Source: a bacterium (GTDB lineage Bacteria > Bacillota_I > Bacilli_A > RF39 > UBA660). From it: a stretch of DNA of 64,000 bases. Numbering within the stretch: position 1 is the first letter of the stretch; the number at the start of each line of letters is the position of its first letter. The DNA lies in contig CAVIUA010000048.1 in NCBI GenBank assembly GCA_963645945.1, positions 9,827 through 73,826 of the forward strand, written 5' to 3'. The position numbers were made by a program, and so were the translations under genes. The notes under the pieces are model-generated. The model was not told the origin of the DNA and searched no databases. It worked only from the letters and a program-made list of their open reading frames with translations. This document shows positions 19,807-32,374 of the stretch, piece after piece.

Positions 19807-21876
19807 CTAATTTCCACTTTTTTTAATAATTTCATCAGCAATATTCTTTGGTACTTCTTCATAATGATCAGGGAACATTACAAATGTAGCTCTACCTTGT
19901 GTATTAGAACGTAAGTTAGTAGCATAACCAAACATTTCTGATAATGGAACCATAGCGCTTAATTTAACAGCATTACCTTGTGACTCTTGTCCTAATGGCT
20001 TACCACGACGAGATGTTAAATCACCCATAACGTTACCGAAGTATTCATCTGGTGTAGTAACATCAACTTTCATAATAGGCTCAAGTAATACTGGTTTACA
20101 TTTATTTTTAGCTTCTTTTAATGCAAAGCTAGCAGCAATTTTAAATGCCATTTCGTTAGAGTCAACATCATGGTAAGAACCATCGAATAATGTACATTTA
20201 ACATCGATCATAGGATATCCAGCAAGAACACCAGTTTGTAATGCTTCTTGTAATCCTTTATCAACAACTGGAATGTACTCTCTAGGTACTACACCACCAA
20301 CGATTTGATCAACGAATTCATAACCTTTATCTGGATTTGGCTCAAATTTAACCCAAACATGTCCATATTGTCCACGTCCACCAGATTGTTTAATATATTT
20401 ACCTTCACAATCAGCAGCTTGCTTAATTGTTTCACGGTAAGCAACTTGTGGAGCACCAACATTTGCTTCAACATTGAATTCACGTTTCATACGATCAACT
20501 AATACATCAAGGTGTAACTCACCCATACCAGCGATAACTGTTTGACCAGTTTCGTGATCAGTATGAACTTTAAATGTTGGATCCTCTTCTGCTAATTTTT
20601 GTAATGCTAATGACATTTTAGCTTGATCAGCTTTTGACTTAGGTTCAACAGCTAATTGAATAACTGGTTCTGGAACAACTAAGCTTTCCAAAATAATTGG
20701 TTTCTTTTCATCACATAATGTATCACCAGTAGTTGTATTCTTTAATCCAACTGCTGCAGCAATATCACCAGTGTAAACATCACTAATTTCATTACGAGTA
20801 TTAGCATGCATTTGTAGTATACGTCCAATTCTTTCTTTAACTTCTTTAGTAGAGTTTAATACATAACTACCAGAAGCTAAATGTCCAGAGTAAACTCTGA
20901 AGAATGTTAAACGTCCAACAAATGGATCAGTCATAACCTTAAATGCTAAAGAACTAAATGGTTCATTATCATTAGGATGACGAACTTCTTCTTCTCCCTT
21001 TAAATTACGTCCCTTAATTGCTGGAGTATCAACAGGACTTGGTAGATAATCAATAACCGCATCAAGTAATAATCTAATACCTTTATTACCTAAAGCATCT
21101 CCACACATAACAGGGAAAAATTCTGCTTTTAAACATCCTTTACGGATAGCACTTTTTATCATATCTATAGAGATTTCTTCTCCCTCAAGATATTTTTCCA
21201 TCATATCATCATCAAATTCAGCAACTGCTTCTAATAATTCAGAATGCTTTTCAGTTACTAAATCCTTTAAGTCATTTGGAATTTCAATTTCCTTAAGATT
21301 CTCTTCTTCAGTACCATCAAACTCATAAGCTTTTTGAGTAATGATATCAACAACACCAAGGAAATTATCTTCGGCACCTATTGGCCATTCAATTGGAGCA
21401 GCATTAACACCTAATCTGTTCTTAATGCTCTTTAAACTGTATGCAAAATCAGCTCCCATTTTCCCCATTTTATTAGCGAAAATAATTCTAGGAACACTAA
21501 ATTCATCAGCTTGACGCCATACTGTTTCCATTTGAGGCTCAACACCAGCTTGTGCATCAAGTAAAGCTACAGAACCATCAAGTACTCTTAAACTACGACT
21601 AACTTCAATAGTAAAGTCTACATGTCCAGGAGTATCGATTATATTACAACGGTATCCATTCCAATATGCAGTTGTTGCTGCAGAAGTAATAGTAATACCA
21701 CGTTCTTTTTCTTGCTCCATCCAGTCCATTTGGCTAGCTCCATCATGAGTTTCACCAATTTTATGGATTTTACCAGCAAGATATAAAATACGCTCAGTAG
21801 TTGTAGTTTTACCAGCATCAATATGAGCCATAATTCCAAAATTTCTTGTCTTATCTAAAGACGTATCTCTTGCCAT
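19807..21876 (-). CDS. fusA: Elongation factor G
   Basis: 689 aa. [24 protein letters not shown]. Sits in the str operon. Confidence 0.97.
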   Translation of the reverse strand: MARDTSLDKTRNFGIMAHIDAGKTTTTERILYLAGKIHKIGETHDGASQMDWMEQEKERGITITSAATTAYWNGYRCNIIDTPGHVDFTIEVSRSLRVLDGSVALLDAQAGVEPQMETVWRQADEFSVPRIIFANKMGKMGADFAYSLKSIKNRLGVNAAPIEWPIGAEDNFLGVVDIITQKAYEFDGTEEENLKEIEIPNDLKDLVTEKHSELLEAVAEFDDDMMEKYLEGEEISIDMIKSAIRKGCLKAEFFPVMCGDALGNKGIRLLLDAVIDYLPSPVDTPAIKGRNLKGEEEVRHPNDNEPFSSLAFKVMTDPFVGRLTFFRVYSGHLASGSYVLNSTKEVKERIGRILQMHANTRNEISDVYTGDIAAAVGLKNTTTGDTLCDEKKPIILESLVVPEPVIQLAVEPKSKADQAKMSLALQKLAEEDPTFKVHTDHETGQTVIAGMGELHLDVLVDRMKREFNVEANVGAPQVAYRETIKQAADCEGKYIKQSGGRGQYGHVWVKFEPNPDKGYEFVDQIVGGVVPREYIPVVDKGLQEALQTGVLAGYPMIDVKCTLFDGSYHDVDSNEMAFKIAASFALKEAKNKCKPVLLEPIMKVDVTTPDEYFGNVMGDLTSRRGKPLGQESQGNAVKLSAMVPLSEMFGYATNLRSNTQGRATFVMFPDHYEEVPKNIADEIIKKSGN

Positions 21877-21889
21877 AAATTACCCTTTC

Positions 21890-22357
21890 CTACCATCTAT
21901 AATGAGCAAAAGCCTTATTAGCTTCAGCCATTCTATGAGTATCTTCACGTTTCTTAACTGCTGCACCTGTACCATTAGATGCATCTAAAATTTCATTAGC
22001 TAAATTATCAGCCATTCCTTTTCCACCACGTTCACGAGAATACTTAGTTAACCATCTTAACGCTAAAGCTTGACTTCTCGCAGGTGTAACTTCTATAGGC
22101 ACTTGATAGTTAGATCCACCAACACGGCGACTTTTAACTTCAAGAGCTGGTTTAATATTTTCCATAGCAGCATTAAATACTTCTAATGGATCTTTACCAG
22201 ATTTTGCCTTAACTTGATCAAATGCTTCATAAACTATTGTTTGAGCTGTTCCCTTTTTACCGTCTAACATAATAGTATTGATTAGTTTAGCAACTACTTT
22301 TGACTTATATATTGGATCTGGTAAAATGTCTCTTTTAACTGCACGTCTCTTACGCAT
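21890..22357 (-). CDS. rpsG: 30S ribosomal protein S7
   Basis: 155 aa. [17 protein letters not shown] ... HYRW. Confidence 0.95.
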   Translation of the reverse strand: MRKRRAVKRDILPDPIYKSKVVAKLINTIMLDGKKGTAQTIVYEAFDQVKAKSGKDPLEVFNAAMENIKPALEVKSRRVGGSNYQVPIEVTPARSQALALRWLTKYSRERGGKGMADNLANEILDASNGTGAAVKKREDTHRMAEANKAFAHYRW

Positions 22358-22387
22358 TTTAATTTCCTCCCTTCAAAAATTTAAATT

Positions 22388-22798
22388 TTACTTTGGTCTC
22401 TTAGCACCGTATTTACTACGTCCTTGCTTACGATCCTTAACACCAGCAGTATCTAAAGTACCACGAATAATATGATAACGAACACCGATTAAGTCCTTAA
22501 CACGACCACCACGAATTAATACAACACTATGCTCTTGTAAATTGTGTCCAATTCCTGGTATATAAGTATCAACTTCCTTACCATTAGATAAACGAACACG
22601 CGCATATTTACGTAATGCTGAGTTTGGCTTTTTAGGTGTTTTAGTACCAACACGAGTACAAACTCCACGTTTTTGAGGTGAATGAACTTCAGTTGCCTTC
22701 TTTTGAATAGTATTGATTCCAACTCCAAGAACTGGTGCTTTACTCTTTCTAACCTTATCCTTACGATTTTTATGAACTAATTGGTTAATTGTAGGCAT
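22388..22798 (-). CDS. rpsL: 30S ribosomal protein S12
   Basis: 136 aa. MPTINQL ... [10 protein letters not shown] ... RGGRVKDL. Confidence 0.95.
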   Translation of the reverse strand: MPTINQLVHKNRKDKVRKSKAPVLGVGINTIQKKATEVHSPQKRGVCTRVGTKTPKKPNSALRKYARVRLSNGKEVDTYIPGIGHNLQEHSVVLIRGGRVKDLIGVRYHIIRGTLDTAGVKDRKQGRSKYGAKRPK

Positions 22799-22893
22799 AA
22801 AATATATCTCCTTTCTTTACACATATCCAGGTGTATCATTTTACCCTTTAAATAAAACTTTGCACAAAGCAAAGATATTTAATCAGCAAAAAT

Positions 22894-22922
22894 AATATAA
22901 CACTAACTTAAATCAAAGTCAA
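22894..22922 (-). promoter_or_regulatory. Sigma-A type promoter of the str operon
   Basis: Minus strand TTGACT - 17 nt - TATATT, about 95 nt upstream of rpsL. Confidence 0.55.
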
Positions 22923-22965
22923 CAAATTATTTATATATTATGCTAAAATTTCCAAAAAAATACCT

Positions 22966-22995
22966 CAAAAGAAAAAAACTGAATTTATCAGTTTT
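22966..22995 (-). terminator. Terminator after the membrane-protein gene
   Basis: Minus strand AAAACTGA-taaat-TCAGTTTT followed by TTTCTTTT. Confidence 0.55.
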
Positions 22996-23003
22996 CTCAA
23001 TGC

Positions 23004-23738
23004 TTATTTTCTTCTTTTTTTATTAATCAATAAGTTACCATAATAATCAAGTAAAGTTCCAACTACTGCAACAATAGAAAATGAAACAGATATGAATATG
23101 ATAAACTTAGGATTCCAAATAATCTCTAAAAGAAAGTCTTTAGGTAAATCTATTACAAATATATAAATAAATATATAAGTAGCAGCAATAAAACACAACA
23201 TCATAAATACGTTAGATAAACACATTTCATTAACAGATAATTTTCTACCATAAAAGTCCTCATCGAAAATATCATGACTAATTTTAGTAAATCTACTCCA
23301 TTTATATGAATTACTTAAACCAATATATGGAAAAGCAATAACTGGTACAAATGTAAGTGAAAATGCAGTCATATAACCCTTTTTAAATTTTTTACTAAAA
23401 TAATAATTAACTTTCCAAGATAGTAATACGTAAAATATCAAACAAATAGAAGTAAAAAAGATACATATACCATTTAAAGAATCAGAGCCAGAACAAGCAA
23501 ATGATAATAAATAAAATGAAAATCCAAATACCAATAAAAGTACTGCACTCCATGGATTAACATTGGCTTTCTTGAAATACAAATATTCAGAGTAAATAGG
23601 AACCAAACCTTTCCATGCTGTCTCCCCTATTTTTTCAAAGAAATAATATCTTCCCAATAAATAATACAATAAAAATACTAACAATATAATCCAAACAACG
23701 ATAACATTTGGCGTCAAACTAAATAAAAAATTATACAT
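23004..23738 (-). CDS. Polytopic membrane protein with an N-terminal DUF5684-like motif
   Basis: Start trimmed to ATG 23738, with RBS AAGGAG 9 nt upstream. Several hydrophobic segments. EKIGETAWKGLVPIYSEYLYFKKANVNPW resembles the W-x-x-L-I-P-I-Y-N motif of the DUF5684 family, recalled from memory. Confidence 0.6.
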   Translation of the reverse strand: MYNFLFSLTPNVIVVWIILLVFLLYYLLGRYYFFEKIGETAWKGLVPIYSEYLYFKKANVNPWSAVLLLVFGFSFYLLSFACSGSDSLNGICIFFTSICLIFYVLLSWKVNYYFSKKFKKGYMTAFSLTFVPVIAFPYIGLSNSYKWSRFTKISHDIFDEDFYGRKLSVNEMCLSNVFMMLCFIAATYIFIYIFVIDLPKDFLLEIIWNPKFIIFISVSFSIVAVVGTLLDYYGNLLINKKRRK

Positions 23739-23767
23739 CACTAACAACTCCTTACTACTTTAAGATA

Positions 23768-23796
23768 ATTATAAACTTAATTGGAAAACTTTTCAA
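23768..23796 (-). promoter_or_regulatory. Sigma-A type promoter of the membrane-protein gene
   Basis: Minus strand TTGAAA - 17 nt - TATAAT, immediately after the rpoC terminator. Confidence 0.55.
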
Positions 23797-23827
23797 GAAA
23801 AAAGCAGAACACAATTCGTGTTCTGCT
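23797..23827 (-). terminator. Strong intrinsic terminator after rpoC
   Basis: Minus strand AGCAGAACAC-gaatt-GTGTTCTGCT followed by TTTTTT. Confidence 0.75.
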
Positions 23828-23835
23828 AGAAAATA

Positions 23836-26800
23836 TTATTCCATAAATTGGTCTTCTAATTTTTCAAGAGGTTCATCATCCATGAATTCAGTTTTTAATT
23901 CATAATCAACATCTCTATATGATTTACTACCAGTACCAGCAGGTATTAGTTTACCAATAATAACATTTTCTTTTAATCCAGATAATGGATCAACTTTTCC
24001 TCTTATAGCAGCATCAGTTAAGATACGTGTAGTCTCTTGGAATGAAGCAGCTGATAAGAATGAATCAGTCTCCAAAGCTGCCTTTGTAATACCAAGAAGT
24101 ATTGGAATACCTCTAGCTGGTTTTTTACCTTTAATAACAGCATCTTTATTACCATCTGTAAATTCACGGAAATTAACTAGACTACCAGGTAAGAACTTAG
24201 TATCTCCAGATTCAACAATTCTAATCTTAGAAATCATACGTCTTGCAATGATCTCAATATGTTTATCAGATATATCAACACCTTGAGAACGATAAGTATT
24301 TTGAACTTCTTTTAAGATATATTCTTGTGTTGTAATTGGATCTGTTACAGCAAGTAACTCTTTTGGATTAACTGCACCTTCTGTAAGTCTATCTCCACAA
24401 TGTACTTCAGTACCTTTTTCAACACATAATTTAGCACCATAATTAGTAACATGTTCTTTTGTTTCTAATTTATTTGTGATACTAATCTTATATTTACCAT
24501 GATCTTCTTTGATTTTAGAAACTATACCATCAATTTCAGCAATAGTTGCTTTAGCTTTTGGATTACGAGCTTCAAATAATTCTTGAACACGAGGAAGACC
24601 TTGAGTGATATCAGCATCACCACCATGAGCAACTCCACCTGAATGGAATGTACGCATTGTAAGCTGTGTACCAGGTTCACCAATTGACTGAGCAGCCATA
24701 ACACCAACTGCTTCACCAATTTCAACTAAGTTTCCTGTAGCTAAGTTACGACCATAACATTTTTGACATACTCCATTAACAGTACCACAAGTTAAAATTG
24801 TACGTATTTCCACCTCAGTTATACCAGCATCAATAACTTTATCAGCTAATGACTCAGTAATCATTTGTAATTTATCAACAATAACTTCTTTTGTTTCTGG
24901 ATTAATAATCTTCTTATTAGCAAATCTACCAACAATACGATCACGTAATCCTTCAATTACAGAGCCAGTTTTTTCATTAATAAATGCATGAACAACAACA
25001 CCTTGATCTGTTCCACAATCTTCTTCACGAACTATCATGTCTTGACTAACATCAACTAAACGACGAGTCAAATATCCAGAGTCAGCAGTTTTTAAAGCTG
25101 TATCTGCTAAACCTTTACGAGTACCATGAGTAGATAAGAAGAATTCAGCAACTGACAAACCTTCAATGAAGTTTGAAAGAATTGGAATTTCAACAGATGT
25201 ACCATCTGGTTTAGCCATAATACCACGCATACCAGCAACTTGAGTAAAGTTTGAAATGTTACCACGAGCTTTAGAGTTCATCATTATGAATATTGGATTA
25301 TCAACATCTGTATGAGAAACCTCTTCAAGTTCTGCTTTTACTTGGTCAGTAGCATTATTCCAAGTACTAATAACATTATTATATCTTTCTTCATCTGTTA
25401 TTAAACCTCTCTTATACTGTTTATTAATCTTATCAACAGTCTTTTGAGCTTCAGCAACAATTTCAGGTTTTTTCTTACTAGTTTCAACATCAGCCATACT
25501 AACAGTAATACCTGATATAGTAGAATACTTAAATCCTAAGTCTTTAAGATTATCAAGCATTGTAGAAGTTTCAGTTGTTTTATATCTTTTAAATACTTGG
25601 GCAATTATTTTTTCTAATGTTCCTTTAGCAAAAGGTTTAACTAATGGCATTTCTTTAATAGCCTCTGGAATATTAGTACCTTTTTCTAAGAAATATTTAT
25701 TAGGTGTAATATTTTGAATGTTATCATCAGTTGGTTCATTAATAAATGCAAATGAATCAGGTAGGATTTCATTAAATTTAATTTTTCCAACTGTAGTAAC
25801 TAAATATTTACCTTTTTGATTTTCCGTAAATAATTTATATTTAAATGAATCAACAGGTATCGCAACACGAGCATGAAGAGTTAATTCCCTACGTTCATAA
25901 GCCATCAAAGCTTCATTAGTGTTTTTAAATACTCTACCTTCTCCTTCTTCTCCAGCTTTTTCCATAGTTATGTAATAATTACCTAAAACCATGTCTTGTG
26001 AAGGTGTAACAATCGGATCACCTGATTTTGGATGAAGGATGTTATTTGAACCTAGCATTAATAATCTAGCTTCTGCTTGTGCTTCCTCTGATAAAGGTAC
26101 GTGAACAGCCATCTGATCACCATCGAAGTCTGCATTGAAAGCAGGACATACTAATGGATGTAAACGAATAGCTTTTCCACCAACTAAGATAGGTTCAAAT
26201 GCTTGAATACCTAATCTATGCAATGTAGGAGCACGGTTTAACATTACTGGATGTTCTTTAATAACCTCTTCTACAATATCCCAAACAACAGGATCTTGAT
26301 TATCTATTAATCTTTTAGCAGCTTTAATATTATGAGCTATATCTTTTTCAACTAAACCATGAATAACATGAGGTTTAAATAACTCTAAAGCCATTTCTTT
26401 AGGTATACCACATTGATACATCTTTAAGCTTGGTCCAACAACAATAACTGAACGTCCAGAATAATCAACACGTTTACCTAATAAGTTTTGACGGAAACGA
26501 CCTTGTTTACCCTTTAACATACTAGATAAAGATTTTAAAGGTCTATTTCCAGCACCTGTTACACTTCTACCACGACGTCCATTATCAAGTAATGAGTCAA
26601 CCGCTTCTTGTAACATACGTTTTTCATTTTGAATAATGATAGTAGGAGCCCCTAAATCAATAAGTTTCTTTAAACGATTATTACGATTAATAACACGTCT
26701 ATATAAATCATTTAAATCAGAAGTAGCAAATCTACCACCATCTAATTGAATCATAGGTCTTAACTCTGGTGGAATAACGGGAATACAATCCATAATCATC

Positions 26801-27474
26801 CATTCAGGCTTATTACCAGAAGAATAGAATGCATCTAATACATCAAGTCTTTTAAGTAATCTTGTTCTCTTTTGACCTTGTGCATTTTCTAATTCTTTAG
26901 TGATTTCATCTATTTCTTTCTTTAAATCAACCTTTTTCAAAAGTTCTTTAATAGCTTCAGCACCCATACCAACTCTAAAGCCAGTACCATACTTTTCATA
27001 ATAAGCTCTATATTCTTTTTCAGATAATGTTTGTTTATTTTCTAATGGTGCATTACCTTTATCAATAACAACATAACTAACAAAGTATAAAACTTCTTCC
27101 AAATCTCTAGGACTCATATCAAGTACAAGACCCATACGAGAAGGAACACCTTTAAAGAACCAGATATGTGATACAGGGGTAGCAAGTTCAATATGACCCA
27201 TACGTTCACGGCGAACTTTTGAACGAGTAACCTCAACACCACAACGATCACATACTATATTTTTATAACGAACTCTTTTATATTTTCCACAGGCACATTC
27301 AAAATCCTTAGTAGGTCCAAAGATTTTTTCACAGAACAAACCATCTCTTTCAGGTCTAAGAGTACGATAGTTAATAGTCTCTGGTTTTTTTACTTCACCG
27401 TAAGACCATTCACGAATTTTTTCAGGAGAAGCGATACCAATTTTTAATGCATCAAACTTATTAACTTCTATCAT
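23836..27474 (-). CDS. rpoC: DNA-directed RNA polymerase subunit beta'
   Basis: 1212 aa. NADFDGDQM active site and zinc-finger CACGKY...CDRCG. Confidence 0.97.
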   Translation of the reverse strand: MIEVNKFDALKIGIASPEKIREWSYGEVKKPETINYRTLRPERDGLFCEKIFGPTKDFECACGKYKRVRYKNIVCDRCGVEVTRSKVRRERMGHIELATPVSHIWFFKGVPSRMGLVLDMSPRDLEEVLYFVSYVVIDKGNAPLENKQTLSEKEYRAYYEKYGTGFRVGMGAEAIKELLKKVDLKKEIDEITKELENAQGQKRTRLLKRLDVLDAFYSSGNKPEWMIMDCIPVIPPELRPMIQLDGGRFATSDLNDLYRRVINRNNRLKKLIDLGAPTIIIQNEKRMLQEAVDSLLDNGRRGRSVTGAGNRPLKSLSSMLKGKQGRFRQNLLGKRVDYSGRSVIVVGPSLKMYQCGIPKEMALELFKPHVIHGLVEKDIAHNIKAAKRLIDNQDPVVWDIVEEVIKEHPVMLNRAPTLHRLGIQAFEPILVGGKAIRLHPLVCPAFNADFDGDQMAVHVPLSEEAQAEARLLMLGSNNILHPKSGDPIVTPSQDMVLGNYYITMEKAGEEGEGRVFKNTNEALMAYERRELTLHARVAIPVDSFKYKLFTENQKGKYLVTTVGKIKFNEILPDSFAFINEPTDDNIQNITPNKYFLEKGTNIPEAIKEMPLVKPFAKGTLEKIIAQVFKRYKTTETSTMLDNLKDLGFKYSTISGITVSMADVETSKKKPEIVAEAQKTVDKINKQYKRGLITDEERYNNVISTWNNATDQVKAELEEVSHTDVDNPIFIMMNSKARGNISNFTQVAGMRGIMAKPDGTSVEIPILSNFIEGLSVAEFFLSTHGTRKGLADTALKTADSGYLTRRLVDVSQDMIVREEDCGTDQGVVVHAFINEKTGSVIEGLRDRIVGRFANKKIINPETKEVIVDKLQMITESLADKVIDAGITEVEIRTILTCGTVNGVCQKCYGRNLATGNLVEIGEAVGVMAAQSIGEPGTQLTMRTFHSGGVAHGGDADITQGLPRVQELFEARNPKAKATIAEIDGIVSKIKEDHGKYKISITNKLETKEHVTNYGAKLCVEKGTEVHCGDRLTEGAVNPKELLAVTDPITTQEYILKEVQNTYRSQGVDISDKHIEIIARRMISKIRIVESGDTKFLPGSLVNFREFTDGNKDAVIKGKKPARGIPILLGITKAALETDSFLSAASFQETTRILTDAAIRGKVDPLSGLKENVIIGKLIPAGTGSKSYRDVDYELKTEFMDDEPLEKLEDQFME

Positions 27475-30400
27475 TAAAGATCAGCTCCTTCCTCAAAATC
27501 TTCATCTTCATTGAATTCATCATTCATGAAGTCTTCATAATCTTCTTCAAATTCTTTCTCTTCATCTTCGAACTCATCATCTCCATCATCATATGGCTCC
27601 TCTTCACCATCAGGTTCAGATACAACCTCTGCAACTGGAGAGTTTTCAAATTCTTCAATTGATGAATTATTATCATCTCTATCTTCTGCTTCTTCTATTT
27701 CTTTAAGTTGTAACGTTTCTCCATCATCATTAATTATCGAAATATCAAGTCCAAGTGCTTGGAATTCTTTCATCAATACTCTAAATGATTCAGGAACACC
27801 AGCTTGATTAATTTCTTGTCCCTTAATTATTGATTCATAAACTTTAACACGGCCAATAACATCATCTGATTTAACCGTTAAGATTTCTTGTAATGTGTGT
27901 GCAGCACCATATGCATATAATGCCCAAACTTCCATTTCACCAAATCTCTGACCACCAAATTGAGCTTTTCCACCTAAAGGTTGTTGAGTGACTAATGAGT
28001 AAGGTCCAGTAGAACGAGCATGTAATTTATCATCAACCATGTGATGTAATTTGATCATGTACATTACACCAACAGCAATTCTATGATCAAATGCCTCACC
28101 AGTACGACCATCATATAAAACAGTCTTACCATCTTCATCCATTCCAGCTTCTTTCATCATAGCTTTAATGTCATCAATATGAGCTCCATCAAATACTGGA
28201 GTTGCTATATGAACACCAAGTTTCTTACATGCCATACCCATATGAATTTCAAGAATCTGTCCAAAGTTCATACGAGAAGGAACACCTTGTGGATTTAACA
28301 TAATATCAACTGGAGTACCATCTGGTAAGTATGGCATATCTTCTTGTGGAAGAATAAGTGAAATAACACCCTTATTACCATGACGTCCAGACATCTTATC
28401 TCCAACTTGAATCTTACGTTTTTGAATTATATAAACACGAATCACTTTACTAACACCAGCAGGTAATTCATCATTATCTTTACGAGAATAAATTTTTATA
28501 TCGTGAACGATACCATCTCCACCATGTGGAACACGTAAAGAAGTATCACGAACTTCACGAGTTTTTTCACCAAAGATAGCATGTAAAAGTTTTTCTTCTG
28601 AAGTAAGTTCAGCCATACCCTTAGGAGTAACTTTACCAACTAAGATATCTCCTTCTTTTACTTCAGTACCAATAGTAATGATACCATTTTCATCCAAATT
28701 ACGACGTGCTTCTTCTGAAACATTAGGAATATCTCTTGTGATTTCTTCAGGTCCTAATTTAGTTTCACGACATTGCATTTCATAATCTTCAAGATGTAAT
28801 GAAGTATATTTATCATCTTTTACTAAGTTTTCATTTAAGATAACAGCATCCTCATAGTTATAACCATTAAATGTCATGAAAGCAACAGTCATATTTTTAC
28901 CTAACGCTAATTCACCTTTATCAGTAGAGTTACCATCAGCAAGAATAGTCTTATCAGCTTTTACTTTATCGCCAACATGAACAATAGGTCTTTGATGAGA
29001 ACAAATACTAGAGTTTGCTAATTCAAAATTAGCTAATCTATATGTATCTTTTCCTTCTTTTGTTTTAACTACAACTTTCTTAGCATCAACATATTCAACA
29101 ATACCATCGTTTTTAGCAATTACTTCAACACCTGAATCTTTTGCTGCAATAAACTCAACACCAGTTCCAACATAAGGAGCCTCAGTTTTAATTAATGGCA
29201 TAGCTTGACGTTGCATGTTTGCACCCATTGAAGCACGAGTAGCATCATCATGCTCTAAGAATGGAATACAACTAGTCGTAACAGAAACAACCTGTTGTGG
29301 ACTAACATCTATATAATCAACTTGTTCTGGTTTAGCTAAAATATTTTCACCACGGAAACGAGCATTAACAAGTTCACTAATAATTGTATTAGATTCATCA
29401 GTATCAACGGTAGATTGAGAAATTATATAATCTAATTCTTCATCTGCTGTTAAATATTGAACATCATCAGTAATTTGACAATTAACAACCTTACGATATG
29501 GAGTCATAATAAATCCATATTCATCTATTTTTGCATAACTTGCTAAAGAAGTAATTAATCCAATATTTGGTCCTTCTGGAGATTCAATTGGACAAATACG
29601 ACCATAGTGTGAACTATTAACGTCACGTACCTCAACACCAGCACGATCACGAGAAAGTCCTCCAGGTCCTAGTGCAGAAAGACGACGTTTATTAGTAAGT
29701 TCAGCAATTGGATTTGTTTGATCCATGAATTGAGATAATTGTGAACTACCAAAGAATTCTTTCATAGCAGCAGTTACCGGACGTATATTAATTAATGTTT
29801 TAGGAGTTACTTCTTCCATTTCTTGAGTAGTCATTCTTTCACGAACAACTCTTTCCATTCTAGAAACACCAATTCTAAATTGATTTTGTAAAAGTTCTCC
29901 AACTTGACGAATACGTCTATTTCCTAAATGATCGATTTCATCAAAATTACCAACACCTTGTAATAAGTTTAAGTAATATGAAACAGAAGCATATACGTCA
30001 GATATAGTTAAACGCTTAACATCAATGCTTTGATCATTACCAATAACATCTATTTTCTTTTTCTTATCAGTAGGATTAACAATCTTAACTATTTGAACTT
30101 TGTTATATTGATCTAATTCATCATTAACTTTAACTTCTTTTAATCCAAATCCATTAGCTAAAGCACCCTTTAATACATCAATATTAGCCTTAGTAATTTG
30201 TGTACCTTTTTCTAGAACAACTTCACCATTATTAGTAATATCTTCAGCCAAAACTTGGTCAAGCATACGATCAAGTACATTTAATTTACGATTAAATTTA
30301 TAACGACCTACTCTAGCTAAATCATATCTGAATTCATCAAAGAATCTTGTAATAATTTGGTTCTTAGATGAATCAAGAGTAACAGGTTCACCTGGTCTTA

Positions 30401-31127
30401 ATTTTTCATAAATTTCAATTAAAGCTTCATCAGTATTCTTAGTAGAGTCTTTAGCAATAGTATTCTTCAAATACTCATCTTCACCAAACATCTTAAAGAT
30501 ATCTTCATCACTAGATAAACCAAATGCTCTAAGTAATGTAGTTAATGTAACTTTTCTAGTACGATCAATACGTACATATAAAACATCTCTAGCATCAGTT
30601 TCAAACTCTAACCAAGTACCACGTGTAGGTATAATTTGTGAAGTAATTAACTCACGACCAGATTTATCAATTTCGCGATTATAATATACGCTTGGAGAAC
30701 GAACTAATTGTGAAACAATAACACGTTCAGCACCATTGATTACGAATGTCCCTGAATCAGTCATCATAGGCATATCACCCATGAAAATTTCTTGTTCTTT
30801 TACTTCACCTGACTCACGGTTAAATAAACGAACCTCAACTCTTAATGGAGCAGCATAAGTACTTTCGCGATCTTTACTTTCTTTTATTGAATATCTAGGC
30901 TCATCAAAATGATAATCCCCAAATTCAAGCGATAAAGTTCCAGAGAAATTTTCTACTGGAAATAGATCTTCGAATACTTCTTTTATACCTGTATCTAAAA
31001 ACCATTTATAAGATTTCTTTTGAACCTCTAATAAATCTTTTAGTTCATAGGTATTTCTAATTTTAGAGAAATTTCTTCTCTCACGATAGTCACCAGATTT
31101 TACAATTTTGTATGACACTAATTTCAC
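27474..31127 (-). CDS. rpoB: DNA-directed RNA polymerase subunit beta
   Basis: 1217 aa with conserved beta-subunit blocks throughout. The start is either GTG 31127 or GTG 31118 behind RBS AGGTGG. The last ~73 residues are an acidic tail. Confidence 0.97.
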   Translation of the reverse strand: MKLVSYKIVKSGDYRERRNFSKIRNTYELKDLLEVQKKSYKWFLDTGIKEVFEDLFPVENFSGTLSLEFGDYHFDEPRYSIKESKDRESTYAAPLRVEVRLFNRESGEVKEQEIFMGDMPMMTDSGTFVINGAERVIVSQLVRSPSVYYNREIDKSGRELITSQIIPTRGTWLEFETDARDVLYVRIDRTRKVTLTTLLRAFGLSSDEDIFKMFGEDEYLKNTIAKDSTKNTDEALIEIYEKLRPGEPVTLDSSKNQIITRFFDEFRYDLARVGRYKFNRKLNVLDRMLDQVLAEDITNNGEVVLEKGTQITKANIDVLKGALANGFGLKEVKVNDELDQYNKVQIVKIVNPTDKKKKIDVIGNDQSIDVKRLTISDVYASVSYYLNLLQGVGNFDEIDHLGNRRIRQVGELLQNQFRIGVSRMERVVRERMTTQEMEEVTPKTLINIRPVTAAMKEFFGSSQLSQFMDQTNPIAELTNKRRLSALGPGGLSRDRAGVEVRDVNSSHYGRICPIESPEGPNIGLITSLASYAKIDEYGFIMTPYRKVVNCQITDDVQYLTADEELDYIISQSTVDTDESNTIISELVNARFRGENILAKPEQVDYIDVSPQQVVSVTTSCIPFLEHDDATRASMGANMQRQAMPLIKTEAPYVGTGVEFIAAKDSGVEVIAKNDGIVEYVDAKKVVVKTKEGKDTYRLANFELANSSICSHQRPIVHVGDKVKADKTILADGNSTDKGELALGKNMTVAFMTFNGYNYEDAVILNENLVKDDKYTSLHLEDYEMQCRETKLGPEEITRDIPNVSEEARRNLDENGIITIGTEVKEGDILVGKVTPKGMAELTSEEKLLHAIFGEKTREVRDTSLRVPHGGDGIVHDIKIYSRKDNDELPAGVSKVIRVYIIQKRKIQVGDKMSGRHGNKGVISLILPQEDMPYLPDGTPVDIMLNPQGVPSRMNFGQILEIHMGMACKKLGVHIATPVFDGAHIDDIKAMMKEAGMDEDGKTVLYDGRTGEAFDHRIAVGVMYMIKLHHMVDDKLHARSTGPYSLVTQQPLGGKAQFGGQRFGEMEVWALYAYGAAHTLQEILTVKSDDVIGRVKVYESIIKGQEINQAGVPESFRVLMKEFQALGLDISIINDDGETLQLKEIEEAEDRDDNNSSIEEFENSPVAEVVSEPDGEEEPYDDGDDEFEDEEKEFEEDYEDFMNDEFNEDEDFEEGADL

Positions 31128-31221
31128 CCACCTAACATAAACAAAAGCATAACTTGTAGATTTTTTATTACTAAAAAAGTCAGCAACTTATATTATCGCC
31201 ACAAAATTAACGAAAAGTCAA

Positions 31222-31806
31222 TCATAAACTACATTTAATTATAAAAAACCCTTTACTCTTTTTTAATATATCAACAGTATATATTTTTTCCAAGTCGACA
31301 ATTAGCGATTTTGCACCCTGCTCCTTACGAATAACCAAGAAAAGCTTTCCATCATCTTCTAAGTAATTCTTTGCATTCATCACTATATCATAGACTACTT
31401 TTTTACCAGCCCTTATCGGAGGGTTAGTAATAATAGAAGAGTATTTAGAAGACACATTTTGATAAACATCGCTTTCAAATATAGATACATCTGAAACACC
31501 ATTTTCTTTAGCGTTTCTAGTAGCCAAATGCAAAGCACGTAAGTTAACATCCACCATATCAACATGTGCCGAAGTAAGTTTACTAATTACAATACCAAAT
31601 ACTCCATAACCGCAACCCATATCAAGAATTTTGCCTCCAACCTCTTCAAGCGGGATTGATTCAAGAAGAAGTCTACTGCCAAAATCCAAACCGTCCTTTG
31701 AAAAAACACCATTATCGGTTAAAAATGTAAATTTATTACCAAGTACCATACATGTCGTTTTCTTTACATTACTAGGTAATTTATCATTAGTAAAATATTG
31801 TCCCAT
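31222..31806 (-). CDS. Class I SAM-dependent methyltransferase, RsmC/YbxB-like
   Basis: Start trimmed to ATG 31806 (MGQYFTNDKL), with RBS TAGGAGA. Motif I ILDMGCGYGVFG and the NPP motif IITNPPIRAGK. It occupies the ybxB position between rplL and rpoB. Confidence 0.75.
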   Translation of the reverse strand: MGQYFTNDKLPSNVKKTTCMVLGNKFTFLTDNGVFSKDGLDFGSRLLLESIPLEEVGGKILDMGCGYGVFGIVISKLTSAHVDMVDVNLRALHLATRNAKENGVSDVSIFESDVYQNVSSKYSSIITNPPIRAGKKVVYDIVMNAKNYLEDDGKLFLVIRKEQGAKSLIVDLEKIYTVDILKKSKGFFIIKCSL

Positions 31807-31821
31807 GTAATATCTCCTACG

Positions 31822-31867
31822 AAAAAAAAAGAAGAAGAAAACCTCCATAAAAATATTAGTTTTCTTC
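31822..31867 (-). terminator. Terminator-like hairpin between rplL and the methyltransferase gene
   Basis: Minus strand GAAGAAAAC - 16-nt loop - GTTTTCTTC followed by TTCTTTTTTTTT. It lies downstream of the promoter at 31880-31908. Confidence 0.45.
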
Positions 31868-31879
31868 CTTTCGAAACAT

Positions 31880-31908
31880 ATATTACAACAAAAATACATA
31901 TATGTCAA
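31880..31908 (-). promoter_or_regulatory. Sigma-A type promoter upstream of the methyltransferase-rpoBC unit
   Basis: Minus strand TTGACA - 17 nt - TAATAT. Confidence 0.55.
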
Positions 31909-31973
31909 ACATTTTTTATACTTTTTTACAACATTTTTACACACTAGTTGTTTAAAAAGAAAAAAGAAGTTAA

Positions 31974-32342
31974 TTACTTAACTTCTACAGTAGCTCCAGC
32001 TTCTTCTAACTTAGCTTTAATTTCATCAGCTTCAGCTTTAGCAATGTTTTCTTTAACAACACCGTTTGAATCAACGATATCTTTAGATTCTTTTAATCCT
32101 AAACCAGTAATTTCTTTAACAACTTTAATAACAGCAACTTTAGCAGCTCCAGCATCAGCTATTGAAACAGTAACTGTACTTGGACCTTCTTCAGCAGCAG
32201 CTCCAGCAGCTGGTGCAGCAACAGCAACAGCACTTGGATCTACACCAAATTCTTCCTTCATTGCATCTACTAATTCTTTAATTTCTAATAAGTTCATTTC
32301 TTTTAAACTACTGATAAATTCATCTCTTGTTAATTTAGCCAT
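31974..32342 (-). CDS. rplL: 50S ribosomal protein L7/L12
   Basis: 122 aa. Ala-rich hinge and C-terminal [16 protein letters not shown]. Confidence 0.95.
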   Translation of the reverse strand: MAKLTRDEFISSLKEMNLLEIKELVDAMKEEFGVDPSAVAVAAPAAGAAAEEGPSTVTVSIADAGAAKVAVIKVVKEITGLGLKESKDIVDSNGVVKENIAKAEADEIKAKLEEAGATVEVK

Positions 32343-32374
32343 TTTTCTTTTCCTCCCTATATTTTATATTTTAA

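Noticed and set aside
20289-20483. Same-strand out-of-frame ORFs inside fusA, rpoC, rpsL and proS (also 21639-21839, 22516-22728, 24522-24725, 2563-2745)
   Set aside because: They are embedded in alternative frames of strongly conserved genes. There is no independent translation signal and no recognisable product.
31807-31944. 46-codon N-terminal extension of the RsmC-like methyltransferase, including a poly-Phe run
   Set aside because: The extension covers the promoter, hairpin and T-run. The real start at 31806 has its own RBS. The N-terminal extensions in the track for spoVT (62617-62676), metG, tatD, yabP, mscL, RDD, LysM and clpC were trimmed for the same reason.
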